Assembly: GCA_031285565.1 (NCBI GenBank)
Contig: JAITVY010000048.1
Span: 2,276 to 66,275 of the forward strand
Length of the DNA stretch: 64,000 nt
From: Tannerella sp.
GTDB lineage: Bacteria; Bacteroidota; Bacteroidia; Bacteroidales; Tannerellaceae
Reading direction: 5' to 3'
Shown here: piece by piece, positions 9,331-19,552 of the stretch
How the letters are laid out: each line of letters opens with the position of its first letter
How positions within the stretch are numbered: position 1 is the first letter of the stretch
Translations under genes and position numbers: made by a program
Notes under the pieces: generated by a model
The model's input: the letters and a program-made list of their open reading frames with translations, nothing else
The model's database searches: none
What the model was told of the DNA's origin: nothing

Positions 9331-11799
9331 TTATTCGAATTCTACTACTGTGATTCCTGCGCCTCCAAACTGAACATGCTCATCCTGATAACGTTTGATG
9401 CCCGGAACTGCATGTAAATAATCCCGGATTAATTGTCGTAAAATGCCTGTACCTGTACCATGCAATATACGCACCCGTCCGGCATTGGTTTGGATGGCAT
9501 CATCGATAAAATAAGTCACAGCTTGCACGGCTTCATCACCACGCATGCCTCGTACATCGATTTCGAGCTTAAAGTTAAGTTTCTTTTCGTACATGTTATC
9601 AGAAGTTTGGTTGCTGATAAAAGTACTCGCACGCGTTTCTTTTTTTATTTGTCCTTTGCTGACTTTTTCTAGTTGATCTGTTTTTGCTGTACTTTTTATC
9701 ATACCAAAAGCTATAACGGCTTGTTTTTGGTTCAACTCGAGAAGCGTGCCTACTGTCTGCTGGCCTTTCAAACGAACATTGTCGCCAATAGCAAATGTTG
9801 CAGGATCGAAAGCCGGTTTTACGGATGTTTTCTTTGGTTGTTTTTTTCGTTCCTGCCGTTCCCGTAATTTATTCATCTTATGCGTAATACGGCTATCATC
9901 TTCGGCGGTTGAACTGATTTGCGTTTTGAATTCGTTTAAATTCTGACGCACTGCTTTGGTTCGTTCTTTTTCGGCCTGCGCTTCCTTGATCTCGCGGATT
10001 GTATTTTCAATACGCGCATTTGCATCAGCAACGATCTTTTCTGCTTCTGCTTTCGCTTTTTTGATGATTTCTTTCCGTTGGCTGTTTACGGTATCAAGAT
10101 CCTGCTCGTAGCGTGCAGTAAGCTCTTCGAGCCGTTTTTCTTGTTGACGGACGTTCTGACGTTTGTTTTCCCAATATCGTTTGTCGCGTACAATATCCTG
10201 CAGGTACTTATCCATTTCGATATAGTCGGTTCCGACTTTTTCGGAAGCTTCGGCAATTACATCTTCCGGCAATCCGATTTTACGTGCAATTTCAACAGCA
10301 AATGAACTACCGGGATTGCCGATTGACAACTTAAAGAGCGGTTGCATCAGATGACGGTCGTATAGCATAGCGCCATTAATAACTCCTTCATTATCTTCAG
10401 CATAATGCTTTAAATTTTGATAGTGAGTCGTGATAACTCCAAAACTTTTGTTCCGGTTAAAACGCTCCAGCAGAGCTTCTGCAATGGCTCCTCCGATTGT
10501 AGGTTCCGTACCACTACCAAACTCATCTACTAAAAGGAGGGTGCGGGCGTTGCTGTTTTTGACAAAGAATTTCATGTTTGTCAAATGCGAGCTATAAGTA
10601 CTTAAATCGTTTTCAATACTTTGTTCGTCACCGATGTCGATGAATATGTGTTCGAATATTCCTGTATATGAACGTTCGTGCAATGGGATTAATAGTCCGC
10701 ATTGCAACATATACTGGAGCAATCCGACCGTTTTCAGGCAGACTGATTTTCCTCCGGCATTCGGTCCGGAGATAATCAGAAGCCTTTCATTTTCATTTAA
10801 TGAAATATCCAATGGCTCTACCGACTTATTCTGTTTTTGATGTGACAAGAAAAGTAAAGGATGAACGGCTTTACTCCAGTCAAGCAAAGGTTTGTCCTTC
10901 AATACCGGTTTTATAGCATGAATCTGTATGGCTAATAATGCTTTTGCCCGGATAAAATCAATCTCTGCCATAAAGACATATGATTGCAGGATGTCCGGAA
11001 CAAGTGGGCGTACGATACCGGTAAACTCAGTTAAGATGCGTATGATTTCACGACGTTCCTGACTCTCCAGTTCACGCATACGGTTGTTAGCTTCGACAAC
11101 CGTTTCGGGTTCAATAAAGACTGTTTTACCGGAGGCGGATTCGTCATGAACAATTCCACGAATTTTTCGTTTGAAAGCAGGTGCTACCGGGATAACCAGG
11201 CGACCGTCGCGCATTGTTGGTGTAACGTCTTTGTCAACAAGTCCTTCAGCTTGTGCCGATCGTAAAATCTGTTGCAAATTACGGGAAATGCTTCCTAATG
11301 TTGCAGCCATTTCTTTGCGAATCTGCATTAACCCGGACGAAGCCTGGTCTTTGATTTTACCATATTTATCCAATATTCCATCAATCTTCTGTACCAGTTG
11401 CGGGAATATGGGAATATTTCCGGCAAGTGCCGTCAATGAAGGATATAGTGTTTCAGTGTCCTTTTCAGGATGAAAGAAACGGGTAATGTCATGAATCGTT
11501 TCGAGCGAACGTTTCAGGTCAAATAATTCTTTTTCGTCAAGATACGTACCTTCCGGGCGGATCCGGTTTAACGAATAACGAACATCTATGAAATAATTGG
11601 CCGGAAATTCACGATCACCCTGAAGTATGGAAACAAATTCATCCGTTTGTTCCAGTTGTTCGGCTATTACTGCATTTTCGGCAGAAAACAGAATATTTTC
11701 AACACGTTCTTTTCCGAGCGGACTCAAGCATTTTTCACTGATAAGTTGCCGGACTTTGTCAAATCCTATTTTTTGTTCAAAATTTTCTGGATATATCAC
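9331..11799 (-). CDS. mutS2: Endonuclease MutS2
   Basis: SGPNAGGKS Walker A, STYSSHL, DEFGSGTEP and a C-terminal Smr domain (ILHGTGTGILR). Confidence 0.95.
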   Translation of the reverse strand: MIYPENFEQKIGFDKVRQLISEKCLSPLGKERVENILFSAENAVIAEQLEQTDEFVSILQGDREFPANYFIDVRYSLNRIRPEGTYLDEKELFDLKRSLETIHDITRFFHPEKDTETLYPSLTALAGNIPIFPQLVQKIDGILDKYGKIKDQASSGLMQIRKEMAATLGSISRNLQQILRSAQAEGLVDKDVTPTMRDGRLVIPVAPAFKRKIRGIVHDESASGKTVFIEPETVVEANNRMRELESQERREIIRILTEFTGIVRPLVPDILQSYVFMAEIDFIRAKALLAIQIHAIKPVLKDKPLLDWSKAVHPLLFLSHQKQNKSVEPLDISLNENERLLIISGPNAGGKSVCLKTVGLLQYMLQCGLLIPLHERSYTGIFEHIFIDIGDEQSIENDLSTYSSHLTNMKFFVKNSNARTLLLVDEFGSGTEPTIGGAIAEALLERFNRNKSFGVITTHYQNLKHYAEDNEGVINGAMLYDRHLMQPLFKLSIGNPGSSFAVEIARKIGLPEDVIAEASEKVGTDYIEMDKYLQDIVRDKRYWENKRQNVRQQEKRLEELTARYEQDLDTVNSQRKEIIKKAKAEAEKIVADANARIENTIREIKEAQAEKERTKAVRQNLNEFKTQISSTAEDDSRITHKMNKLRERQERKKQPKKTSVKPAFDPATFAIGDNVRLKGQQTVGTLLELNQKQAVIAFGMIKSTAKTDQLEKVSKGQIKKETRASTFISNQTSDNMYEKKLNFKLEIDVRGMRGDEAVQAVTYFIDDAIQTNAGRVRILHGTGTGILRQLIRDYLHAVPGIKRYQDEHVQFGGAGITVVEFE

Positions 11800-11820
11800 T
11801 ATTGTTTGGTCGTTGATGTG

Positions 11821-11858
11821 TTAACTCGTGTATACATTTAGATATATACACGAGTTAA
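11821..11858. terminator. Hairpin between the PDZ gene and mutS2
   Basis: Perfect 14-bp inverted repeat TTAACTCGTGTATA / TATACACGAGTTAA with no long U tract. Confidence 0.55.
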
Positions 11859-11869
11859 TAAATTAACGT

Positions 11870-13297
11870 TTAGTTAAGTTCAATTGTTTTTTCCGAATAT
11901 AACTGCGGACGTAGTATGATTTCTAATTTTTCAGTTCCCCGCCGGATCGTAAAAGTACATGAACTGTTTTTGGTTGGATTCACATATGGTCGGAAGTTAT
12001 ACAGATAAGAAAATGCCGTCATATGTTTTTCTCTGTCGAATGCTTTTGCAATTTGTGTATATTTAAATGTATCCCAAAACATACAATTGGGAAAACCATT
12101 CGCATCGGTGAAACGAGTGTTGCCATCACGGAATTTTAATGTGTTGGTTATGAATTGACGATATGCAGCCGTAAATTCTTCCGAAGTATAATCCATGCGT
12201 TTATTTTCGATCTTTTCAATAATGTCGTGAGGTAGAATTCCTGCCTCGTATGCAGGCGAATCAAAATCAACACTAACTATTTCGTTGAGCTGATAAATAC
12301 TGTAATTTATACCTGTATAGTTAAACGTTTTCTTATTCAGTATAAATTGTGCATTCCGGTTGTATTTAACATATGGGAATTGCATACACATTAAAGGAAT
12401 ATGGATTGCCGCATATTCTTCAATAGAATAGGGAGCGCTCATTAACTCATTGGCTTCGCATTCCCACAATACACGTCCGGATACCTGACGCTGGTCAATA
12501 AAACGGACTCCTAATTCCAAAAGATATTCAGCTTCTGATTCAGGTGTTGATGAGTTATAGAAAGGGAATGTGGTTATTTTGTCACGGTTAATATCATACC
12601 GGATAACAGGTGCCTGGTTTTCCGTATCTTTGCTTTTTTTTCTGAAATTCGGATTTTTATCAAATGTATAATATGTATGTATTATAAAATCCGGGTTCAA
12701 TGTATTTTGCTGAAGGCCTTTTTGAGTTAACGCAGTTTTCAACGCCTCGTTAATTGTAGATTCAATTCCGGATATTGCCTGATCTTCAGAAAAAGTGAAA
12801 TCGAAAGTTTTGAATTGTGAAAAATCAACCGGTTCTCCTGTTGTTTTGGTCACGAAGGGACACACGAATAAACGATCGTGCGTGTCTTCTACGCTATACA
12901 TGGAAAAAGCCGTAGCTAGTTGATTTTCCGTTAATGCGCTATTTGAATAACATTCTTTTGTGATTGTGACAGTTCTTGCTGCGTCAGAAAAATTGCGGAC
13001 TGTAAGTTCTATCTGGTCATTCTCGGATGTTAGCAATAATGAGTCAACATCGTCCAGATCAATATCTGATGAAACTGACAATCCGTCAATTTTCTCGATG
13101 ATGTCATTTTGCTTAAGACCTGCATTTTCGGCCGGAGAGTTCGGATATACTTTCATGATGACAGGCTTGTCTTTCCCCCAGTTACTGTTGTTGCTAAACT
13201 CATAACTGATTCCAAGTCGGCAACTCATATTGTTTTGTTGCGCATAAGTTGCAGATATACTACATATTAAAATGGTGAATAAAATAAATCGCTTCAT
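11870..13297 (-). CDS. Exported PDZ / DUF4136-like domain protein
   Basis: Signal peptide from MKRFILF (ATG 13297); two PDZ-like segments (SPAENAGL, SPAYEAGI). A -7 box TACCTTTG at 13340-13347 overlaps the longer track start. Confidence 0.75.
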   Translation of the reverse strand: MKRFILFTILICSISATYAQQNNMSCRLGISYEFSNNSNWGKDKPVIMKVYPNSPAENAGLKQNDIIEKIDGLSVSSDIDLDDVDSLLLTSENDQIELTVRNFSDAARTVTITKECYSNSALTENQLATAFSMYSVEDTHDRLFVCPFVTKTTGEPVDFSQFKTFDFTFSEDQAISGIESTINEALKTALTQKGLQQNTLNPDFIIHTYYTFDKNPNFRKKSKDTENQAPVIRYDINRDKITTFPFYNSSTPESEAEYLLELGVRFIDQRQVSGRVLWECEANELMSAPYSIEEYAAIHIPLMCMQFPYVKYNRNAQFILNKKTFNYTGINYSIYQLNEIVSVDFDSPAYEAGILPHDIIEKIENKRMDYTSEEFTAAYRQFITNTLKFRDGNTRFTDANGFPNCMFWDTFKYTQIAKAFDREKHMTAFSYLYNFRPYVNPTKNSSCTFTIRRGTEKLEIILRPQLYSEKTIELN

Positions 13298-13493
13298 GTT
13301 TTTGTCTTTTTTAAAATATAATATAATACTTTGTAAGCGCAAAGGTAAAGATATTTTTAAAGTATTTTATTTATTGGCAATATATTTGATAGTATATGGT
13401 CGTAAGCGTTGCTGGTTGATATATCCGGCAAGTTATCTTATACAGACTAAATTCTTTTGATAATTAATGTGATAAAATTGATATATAACAGAT

Positions 13494-14075
13494 ATGGATA
13501 AGGAAAAGAGAGAAAAAGAAGCTGAAAAAGGCTTTGCCGCAGAAGAACAGGATGCGACAAAAATGCAGGAGGAGTCTGCAAATGAGTCAGAAAAAGAAAT
13601 AGAAACTGACAATGTGGCTGAAGATTTGCAGGAAGTTAATTTGGAAGAAAAATATAAAGAATTAAATGATTCTCATCTACGTTTAATGGCGGAGTTTGAT
13701 AATTACCGTAAACGTACGATGCGTGAGAAAGCTGAATTGATTAAAATGGGAGGCGAGTCGGTATTGACAAATCTGCTTCCTGTGATAGATGACTTTGAAC
13801 GGGCATTGGATAATATTAAAAATACAGAAGATCTGGATGCTGTTGTTCAGGGTGTTGAATTGATTTATAATAAGTTTGTCTCTTATTTATTGCAGCAAGG
13901 GGTGAAAAAAATTGATGCTTTAGGACAACCTTTTGATACGGAATCTTTTGAAGCTGTTGCAACTATTCCGGCTCCTGAAGATGACCAGAAAGGAACGGTT
14001 CTTGATTGCATACAAACCGGATATACATTGCATGATAAAGTGATTCGACATGCAAAAGTTGTTGTTGGAGAATAA
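13494..14075 (+). CDS. grpE: Nucleotide exchange factor GrpE
   Basis: LRLMAEFDNYRKR, LLPVIDDFERA, GYTLHDKVIRHAKVVV. Confidence 0.97.
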   Translation: MDKEKREKEAEKGFAAEEQDATKMQEESANESEKEIETDNVAEDLQEVNLEEKYKELNDSHLRLMAEFDNYRKRTMREKAELIKMGGESVLTNLLPVIDDFERALDNIKNTEDLDAVVQGVELIYNKFVSYLLQQGVKKIDALGQPFDTESFEAVATIPAPEDDQKGTVLDCIQTGYTLHDKVIRHAKVVVGE

Positions 14076-14167
14076 TTATCGGTTGATGATACACAATTGA
14101 TAATTGATAATTAAATGATATATGCAGTCAGGTGATTTGCAGTTTACAGATTAACGATTTAAAATAG

Positions 14168-15316
14168 ATGGCAAAACGAGACTATTACGAGGTGCTGGAA
14201 GTAAGCAAGAGCTCATCAGTCGAAGAAATAAAGAAGGCTTACCGGAAAAAAGCGATTCAATTTCATCCGGATAAAAACCCGGGTGATAAAGATGCAGAAG
14301 AGAAATTCAAAGAAGCTGCAGAAGCTTATGATGTGTTAAGTGACGAACAAAAACGTCAGCGTTATGATCAATTCGGACATGCCGGTCTTGGAGGTGCTTC
14401 AGGTGGTGGATTTGGTGGTGGAATGTCTATGGACGATATCTTTTCCCAATTCGGCGATTTGTTCGGCGGACATTTTGGCGGCTTCGGAGGTTTTGGCGGT
14501 TTCGGATCTTCACGTGGACGTGCTGTTCAACGGGGTTCGGATTTACGTGTAAAAGTCAAATTAACCTTGCGTGAAATAGCAGCGGGCGTAGAAAAGAAAA
14601 TAAAAGTAAAAAAATATGTGGCATGTACGAAATGCCACGGCACGGGTGCGGAAGATAATAAATCAATAACATCTTGCCCGACATGTAATGGGAATGGTTT
14701 TGTTACACGGCTTACCAACACAATCTTGGGACAAATGCAGACACAGTCAACTTGTCAGACTTGTGGCGGATCGGGTAAAACCATTACAAAGAAATGTGCC
14801 GAATGTAATGGAGAAGGTATCGTTAGGGCTGAAGAAGTCATATCATTAAATATACCAGCAGGGGTTGCCGAAGGAATGCAGCTTTCGATGAGCGGAAAAG
14901 GGAATGCTGCGCGAAGAGGAGGTGTGAATGGTGATTTATTGATCGTAATTGAAGAAGAGAAGCATCCTGAATTAATAAGGGATGATAATGATTTGATCTA
15001 TAATTTGTTATTGACGGTTCCTCAAGCTGTTTTAGGGGATTCGGTTGAAGTACCTACAGTTGATGGAAAAGTGAAATTAAAAATTGATCAGGGTACTCAA
15101 CCGGGTAAAGTACTTAGACTTCGAAATAAAGGACTTCCGTCTGTAAATAGTTATGGGACGGGGGACTTGTTAGTGAATGTGAGTGTGTATATTCCGGAAA
15201 AACTTTCTGATTCTGAAAAGGAGAAAATGGAAACAATGGCTGATTCTGAAAATTTTCAACCGAATAAATCTATTAAAGAAAAGATATTCAGCAAATTCAG
15301 AGATTGGCTGGATTGA
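14168..15316 (+). CDS. dnaJ: Chaperone DnaJ
   Basis: J domain with HPD, G/F-rich linker and four CxxCxGxG repeats. Confidence 0.98.
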   Translation: MAKRDYYEVLEVSKSSSVEEIKKAYRKKAIQFHPDKNPGDKDAEEKFKEAAEAYDVLSDEQKRQRYDQFGHAGLGGASGGGFGGGMSMDDIFSQFGDLFGGHFGGFGGFGGFGSSRGRAVQRGSDLRVKVKLTLREIAAGVEKKIKVKKYVACTKCHGTGAEDNKSITSCPTCNGNGFVTRLTNTILGQMQTQSTCQTCGGSGKTITKKCAECNGEGIVRAEEVISLNIPAGVAEGMQLSMSGKGNAARRGGVNGDLLIVIEEEKHPELIRDDNDLIYNLLLTVPQAVLGDSVEVPTVDGKVKLKIDQGTQPGKVLRLRNKGLPSVNSYGTGDLLVNVSVYIPEKLSDSEKEKMETMADSENFQPNKSIKEKIFSKFRDWLD

Positions 15317-15367
15317 TAAACTCTAAATCTGGATAAACTGGGTAAAAAGGGGAAGATATATTGTGTA

Positions 15368-15407
15368 GCAAAAAAGGAAAACCAAATCGGTATTTCTTTT
15401 TTTTTGC
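15368..15407 (+). terminator. Probable terminator after dnaJ
   Basis: Imperfect inverted repeat GCAAAAAAGGAAAACC...GGTATTTCTTTTTTTTTGC. Confidence 0.5.
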
Positions 15408-15561
15408 GTTTTAACGTTATTTATGTTAATTAAAGGAAAGACGGTGGCGTTTTTTATTTGTAGCGTTTTTTTCTGTTCGTATTATCATTCTTAATTCAAA
15501 ATAAATCAATATTTTTGTGCGAAATAACGAAGTCGGGTAAATACAAAAAGACTGTCTACTA

Positions 15562-17085
15562 ATGAATGAAGAAAGACGAATTAAACGTGCATTAATTTCC
15601 GTTTATCACAAGAAAGGTTTAGATGAAGTATTAAAAAAATTATATAAAGAAGGAGTACAGTTTGTTTCTACAGGTGGTACTCAATCTTTTATTGAGTCGT
15701 TAGGTATACCTTGCGAGGCGGTTGAAGCTTTAACCGGTTATCCATCTATTTTAGGTGGACGTGTGAAGACGTTGCACCCGAAGATATTTGGTGGAATTTT
15801 AGCGCGTCGTGATCTTCCGACAGATCAGGAGCAAATTGCTCAATATGACATTCCTGAAATTGATTTGGTAATTGTCGATTTATATCCTTTTGAAGAAACT
15901 GTTGCATCCGGAGCCGATGATGCTTCGATTATAGAGAAAATAGACATAGGGGGTATTTCTTTGATCCGGGGAGCTGCAAAAAATTATAAAGATGTTGTTA
16001 TCATTGCTTCGCAGGCACAATATGAACCTTTTATGAGTTTGCTGGAAGCTAAAGGTGCAAACACAACATTGGAAGAAAGAAGATGGTTTGCGAAAGAAGC
16101 TTTTGGTGTTTCTTCCGGTTATGACACTGCGATCTTTAATTATTTTGATCAAGACGAGTCTTCAGCATTCCGGGTCGCTGCAAATGGAGCAAAGGTAATG
16201 CGATATGGCGAAAATCCACATCAGAAAGGTGTTTTCTATGGAAAGTTCGAAGAATTATTTGATCAGTTACATGGAAAAGAAATTTCTTATAATAATTTGC
16301 TTGACATTGATTCGGCATTAACGCTGATTGATGAGTTTGATGAATTAACTTTTGCAATTCTGAAACATAACAATGCTTGTGGAATAGCATCTCGTCCTAC
16401 GGTTCTGGAAGCCTGGAAAGATGCGTTAGCAGGAGATCCGGTTTCGGCTTTTGGTGGAATTTTAATTACAAACGATGCTGTTAATAAGGAAGCAGCAGAA
16501 GAAATTAATAAAATATTCTTTGAAGTAATTATTGCGCCCGGCTATACAGCTGAGGCATTGGACATATTAAAACAAAAGAAAAATCGTATTATATTAATAC
16601 GTAAGAATACTGAAGTTCCTGGCCGGCAATTCCGTTCTTTGTTAAATGGAGTATTGGTTCAGGATAGAGATTTAAGTATTCAGACTGAAGATGATCTGGA
16701 GTCAATGACAAAGAAGATGCCGACAGATCAGGAGATTGTAGATTTATTATTTGCGAATAAATTGGTAAAACATAGCAAGTCAAATGCCATAACATTGGTG
16801 AAAAACAAGCAGCTTTGTGCAAGCGGAATCGGTCAGACTTCGCGGGTGGACGCTTTAAGACAGGCAATAGAAAAAGCTGCATCATTTGACTTTGATATAA
16901 AAGGAGCTGTAATGGCTTCAGACGCATTTTTCCCGTTTCCGGACTGTGTAGAGATTGCAGATAAAGCCGGAATCACTGCTGTAATACAACCCGGAGGTTC
17001 GGTAAATGATCAGTTATCTATTGATTATTGTGATGAACACGGAATGAGTATGGTGAAGACAGGAATACGTCATTTTAAACATTAA
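15562..17085 (+). CDS. purH: Bifunctional AICAR transformylase / IMP cyclohydrolase
   Basis: GGRVKTLHPKI, IDIGGISL, RYGENPHQ, ASDAFFPF, GIRHFKH; -7 box TATTTTTG at 15510-15517. Confidence 0.98.
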   Translation: MNEERRIKRALISVYHKKGLDEVLKKLYKEGVQFVSTGGTQSFIESLGIPCEAVEALTGYPSILGGRVKTLHPKIFGGILARRDLPTDQEQIAQYDIPEIDLVIVDLYPFEETVASGADDASIIEKIDIGGISLIRGAAKNYKDVVIIASQAQYEPFMSLLEAKGANTTLEERRWFAKEAFGVSSGYDTAIFNYFDQDESSAFRVAANGAKVMRYGENPHQKGVFYGKFEELFDQLHGKEISYNNLLDIDSALTLIDEFDELTFAILKHNNACGIASRPTVLEAWKDALAGDPVSAFGGILITNDAVNKEAAEEINKIFFEVIIAPGYTAEALDILKQKKNRIILIRKNTEVPGRQFRSLLNGVLVQDRDLSIQTEDDLESMTKKMPTDQEIVDLLFANKLVKHSKSNAITLVKNKQLCASGIGQTSRVDALRQAIEKAASFDFDIKGAVMASDAFFPFPDCVEIADKAGITAVIQPGGSVNDQLSIDYCDEHGMSMVKTGIRHFKH

Positions 17086-17104
17086 AAATGAATAAATAAG
17101 AATT

Positions 17105-18124
17105 ATGGGACTATTCTCTTTTACCCAAGAAATAGCAATTGATTTAGGTACTGCGAATACAATTATTGTGTGCGATGGAAAGATTGTGGTAGATGTTCCT
17201 TCTGTGGTGGCATTAGACGGTCGTACAGAAAAAGTGATTGCAGTAGGAGAGACTGCAAGACAGATGCATGGCAAAACACATGAAAATATACGTACAATAC
17301 GTCCGTTACGTGATGGAGTGATTGCTGATTTTTATGCAGCAGAGCAGATGATCCGCGGAATGATTAAAATGATAAATTTTAAGAATCGCTGGTATTCTCC
17401 GCCACTTCGGATTGTGGTTTGTATTCCTTCAGGAAGTACAGAAGTCGAAATACGTGCCGTTCGCGATTCTTCCGAACATGCCGGAGGCAGGGACGTTTAT
17501 ATGATATATGAGCCGATGGCGGCTGCAGTAGGTATAGGTATTGATGTGGAAGCTCCTGAGGGTAATATGATTGTTGATATTGGTGGGGGTACAACTGAAA
17601 TTGCCGTTATCTCATTAGGTGGTATAGTAACTAATAAGTCTATACGTATTGCCGGTGATGACCTGACTGCTGATATAATGGAATATATGCGTCGCCAGCA
17701 TAATATGAAAGTAGGAGAAAGTACGGCTGAAAGAATAAAAATTAATGTAGGTTCGGTATTGACTTCACTTGATAATCCGCCTGAAGATTTTGTTGTTCAC
17801 GGTCCGAATCAAATGACTGCACTTCCGATGGAAGTACCTATATCATATCAGGAAATTGCTCATTGTCTGGATAAATCAATCTCTAAAATGGAAGCTGCTA
17901 TTTTGAGTGCACTGGAACAGACACCTCCTGAGTTATATGCAGATATTGTAAGAAATGGTATTTATTTGGCCGGAGGAGGCGCTTTAATGCGGGGATTAGA
18001 CAAACGGTTCAGTGAAAAAATAAATATACCGTTTCATGTAGCTGATGATCCATTGCATGCCGTAGCAAAAGGTACGGGTATCGCATTGAAAAATATTGAC
18101 AAGTTTAAATTTCTTATAAAATAG
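17105..18124 (+). CDS. mreB: Rod shape-determining protein MreB
   Basis: IDLGTANT, RPLRDGVIADF, VDIGGGTTE. Confidence 0.98.
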   Translation: MGLFSFTQEIAIDLGTANTIIVCDGKIVVDVPSVVALDGRTEKVIAVGETARQMHGKTHENIRTIRPLRDGVIADFYAAEQMIRGMIKMINFKNRWYSPPLRIVVCIPSGSTEVEIRAVRDSSEHAGGRDVYMIYEPMAAAVGIGIDVEAPEGNMIVDIGGGTTEIAVISLGGIVTNKSIRIAGDDLTADIMEYMRRQHNMKVGESTAERIKINVGSVLTSLDNPPEDFVVHGPNQMTALPMEVPISYQEIAHCLDKSISKMEAAILSALEQTPPELYADIVRNGIYLAGGGALMRGLDKRFSEKINIPFHVADDPLHAVAKGTGIALKNIDKFKFLIK

Positions 18125-18198
18125 GCATTCATTATTGGTTAATGATATAACCTATTTGCGTTGTCGTTAGACAACTGTTAATTTAGTAAACTCCGATT

Positions 18199-19041
18199 AT
18201 GCAAAAATTGCTTGAATTCCTGATTCGGAAAAGGCATTGGTTTGTATTTCTATTATGTGAAATTGTTTCATTCGCATTGTTGTTTCGTTATAACTCATAT
18301 CAACAGAGTGTGATGTTGAGTTCTGCAAATTCAATGGTCGGCCATGTTTTTTCTATTTCAAATTCGGCCATGTCTTATCTTCATTTACGTGAAGAAAATA
18401 AAATGTTATTTGACCGGAACGGACAGCTTGAATTAGACCTGCTTAAACTTCAGCGAAAAATTGAATTATTAGAATCGGAAAAGTTGTCATATGATGATAT
18501 TATGACTGATTCGATTGCATATCCTTACCATTATATACAGGCAAATGTTGTAAATAATAGTGTGATAGGATTGCATAACTATATTACAATTGATAAGGGA
18601 CGTGCTGATGGGGTATTACCGGATATGGGGGTTGTATCGACTTCAGGCGTTGTAGGTATTATTGCTAAAGTTGGCGATCGTTTTTCGGTAGTTCTTCCTT
18701 TGTTAAACATTAAATCAAAGCTTAGTTGTAAATCGCAGCGGGGTTTTGACGGATCATTGGTATGGGATGGGCGTGATTCCCGATATTCAAATCTGGAGCA
18801 ACTAGCAAGTCATGCTGAATTTCAGAAGGGAGATACCATTATGACAAGTGGCTATTCTGCAATTTTTCCTCCGGGGATTATGGTGGGACACGTAACAGAA
18901 TTAAATGATGCACGTGATTATAATTCTTTAAAAATAGAACTCGCGACTGATTTTGAACGTATAAAAACTGTGAGAGTAGTCAAATATGATTATCAAAGAG
19001 AGCGTAGGGAAGTAGAACGGGAGGCAAGGAAAAATGATTAA
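18199..19041 (+). CDS. mreC: Rod shape-determining protein MreC
   Basis: TM helix, coiled coil, IDKG..DGV..DMGV and TSG...IFPPGI. Confidence 0.95.
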   Translation: MQKLLEFLIRKRHWFVFLLCEIVSFALLFRYNSYQQSVMLSSANSMVGHVFSISNSAMSYLHLREENKMLFDRNGQLELDLLKLQRKIELLESEKLSYDDIMTDSIAYPYHYIQANVVNNSVIGLHNYITIDKGRADGVLPDMGVVSTSGVVGIIAKVGDRFSVVLPLLNIKSKLSCKSQRGFDGSLVWDGRDSRYSNLEQLASHAEFQKGDTIMTSGYSAIFPPGIMVGHVTELNDARDYNSLKIELATDFERIKTVRVVKYDYQRERREVEREARKND

Positions 19042-19552
19042 AAGCTATTTAAAAGTATTCGCTTACTTTATCTTTTTTGTTATACTACAGGTACTTGTTC
19101 TGAATAATATTCAATTATTTAAATTTGTAATTCCTTTGCTTTATGTATATGTTATTGTTAAGATACCCACAAATCTGACAAGAACATCAATTATATTGAT
19201 ATCTTTTGCTCTTGGTTTAGTTATTGATTTGTTTTTTAATACATTAGGTTTGCATGCGGCCGCTTGTTCATTTGCCGGCTTTTTTAGAGGACCATTACTG
19301 AAAACTTTTTCCGATAAAGATTTTTTTGAAGGAGCCACACCATCTTACCGGACATTGGGAATAGGCGGATTTATCCGTTATGCATTCTTGTTAGTGCTGT
19401 TACACCATACTGTACTTTTTTTAATTGAATCTGTGTCGTTGTTTGATCCGTTTTTTTTAGCTCTTCGTATTATTGGTAGTGTAATATTAACATCTTTATG
19501 TATTTTTGTAGTAGAAGCATTTAATATAGAGCGAAAAGGTGGAGACTCCTAA
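19034..19552 (+). CDS. mreD: Rod shape-determining protein MreD
   Basis: Polytopic membrane protein between mreC and mrdA. Confidence 0.9.
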   Translation: MIKSYLKVFAYFIFFVILQVLVLNNIQLFKFVIPLLYVYVIVKIPTNLTRTSIILISFALGLVIDLFFNTLGLHAAACSFAGFFRGPLLKTFSDKDFFEGATPSYRTLGIGGFIRYAFLLVLLHHTVLFLIESVSLFDPFFLALRIIGSVILTSLCIFVVEAFNIERKGGDS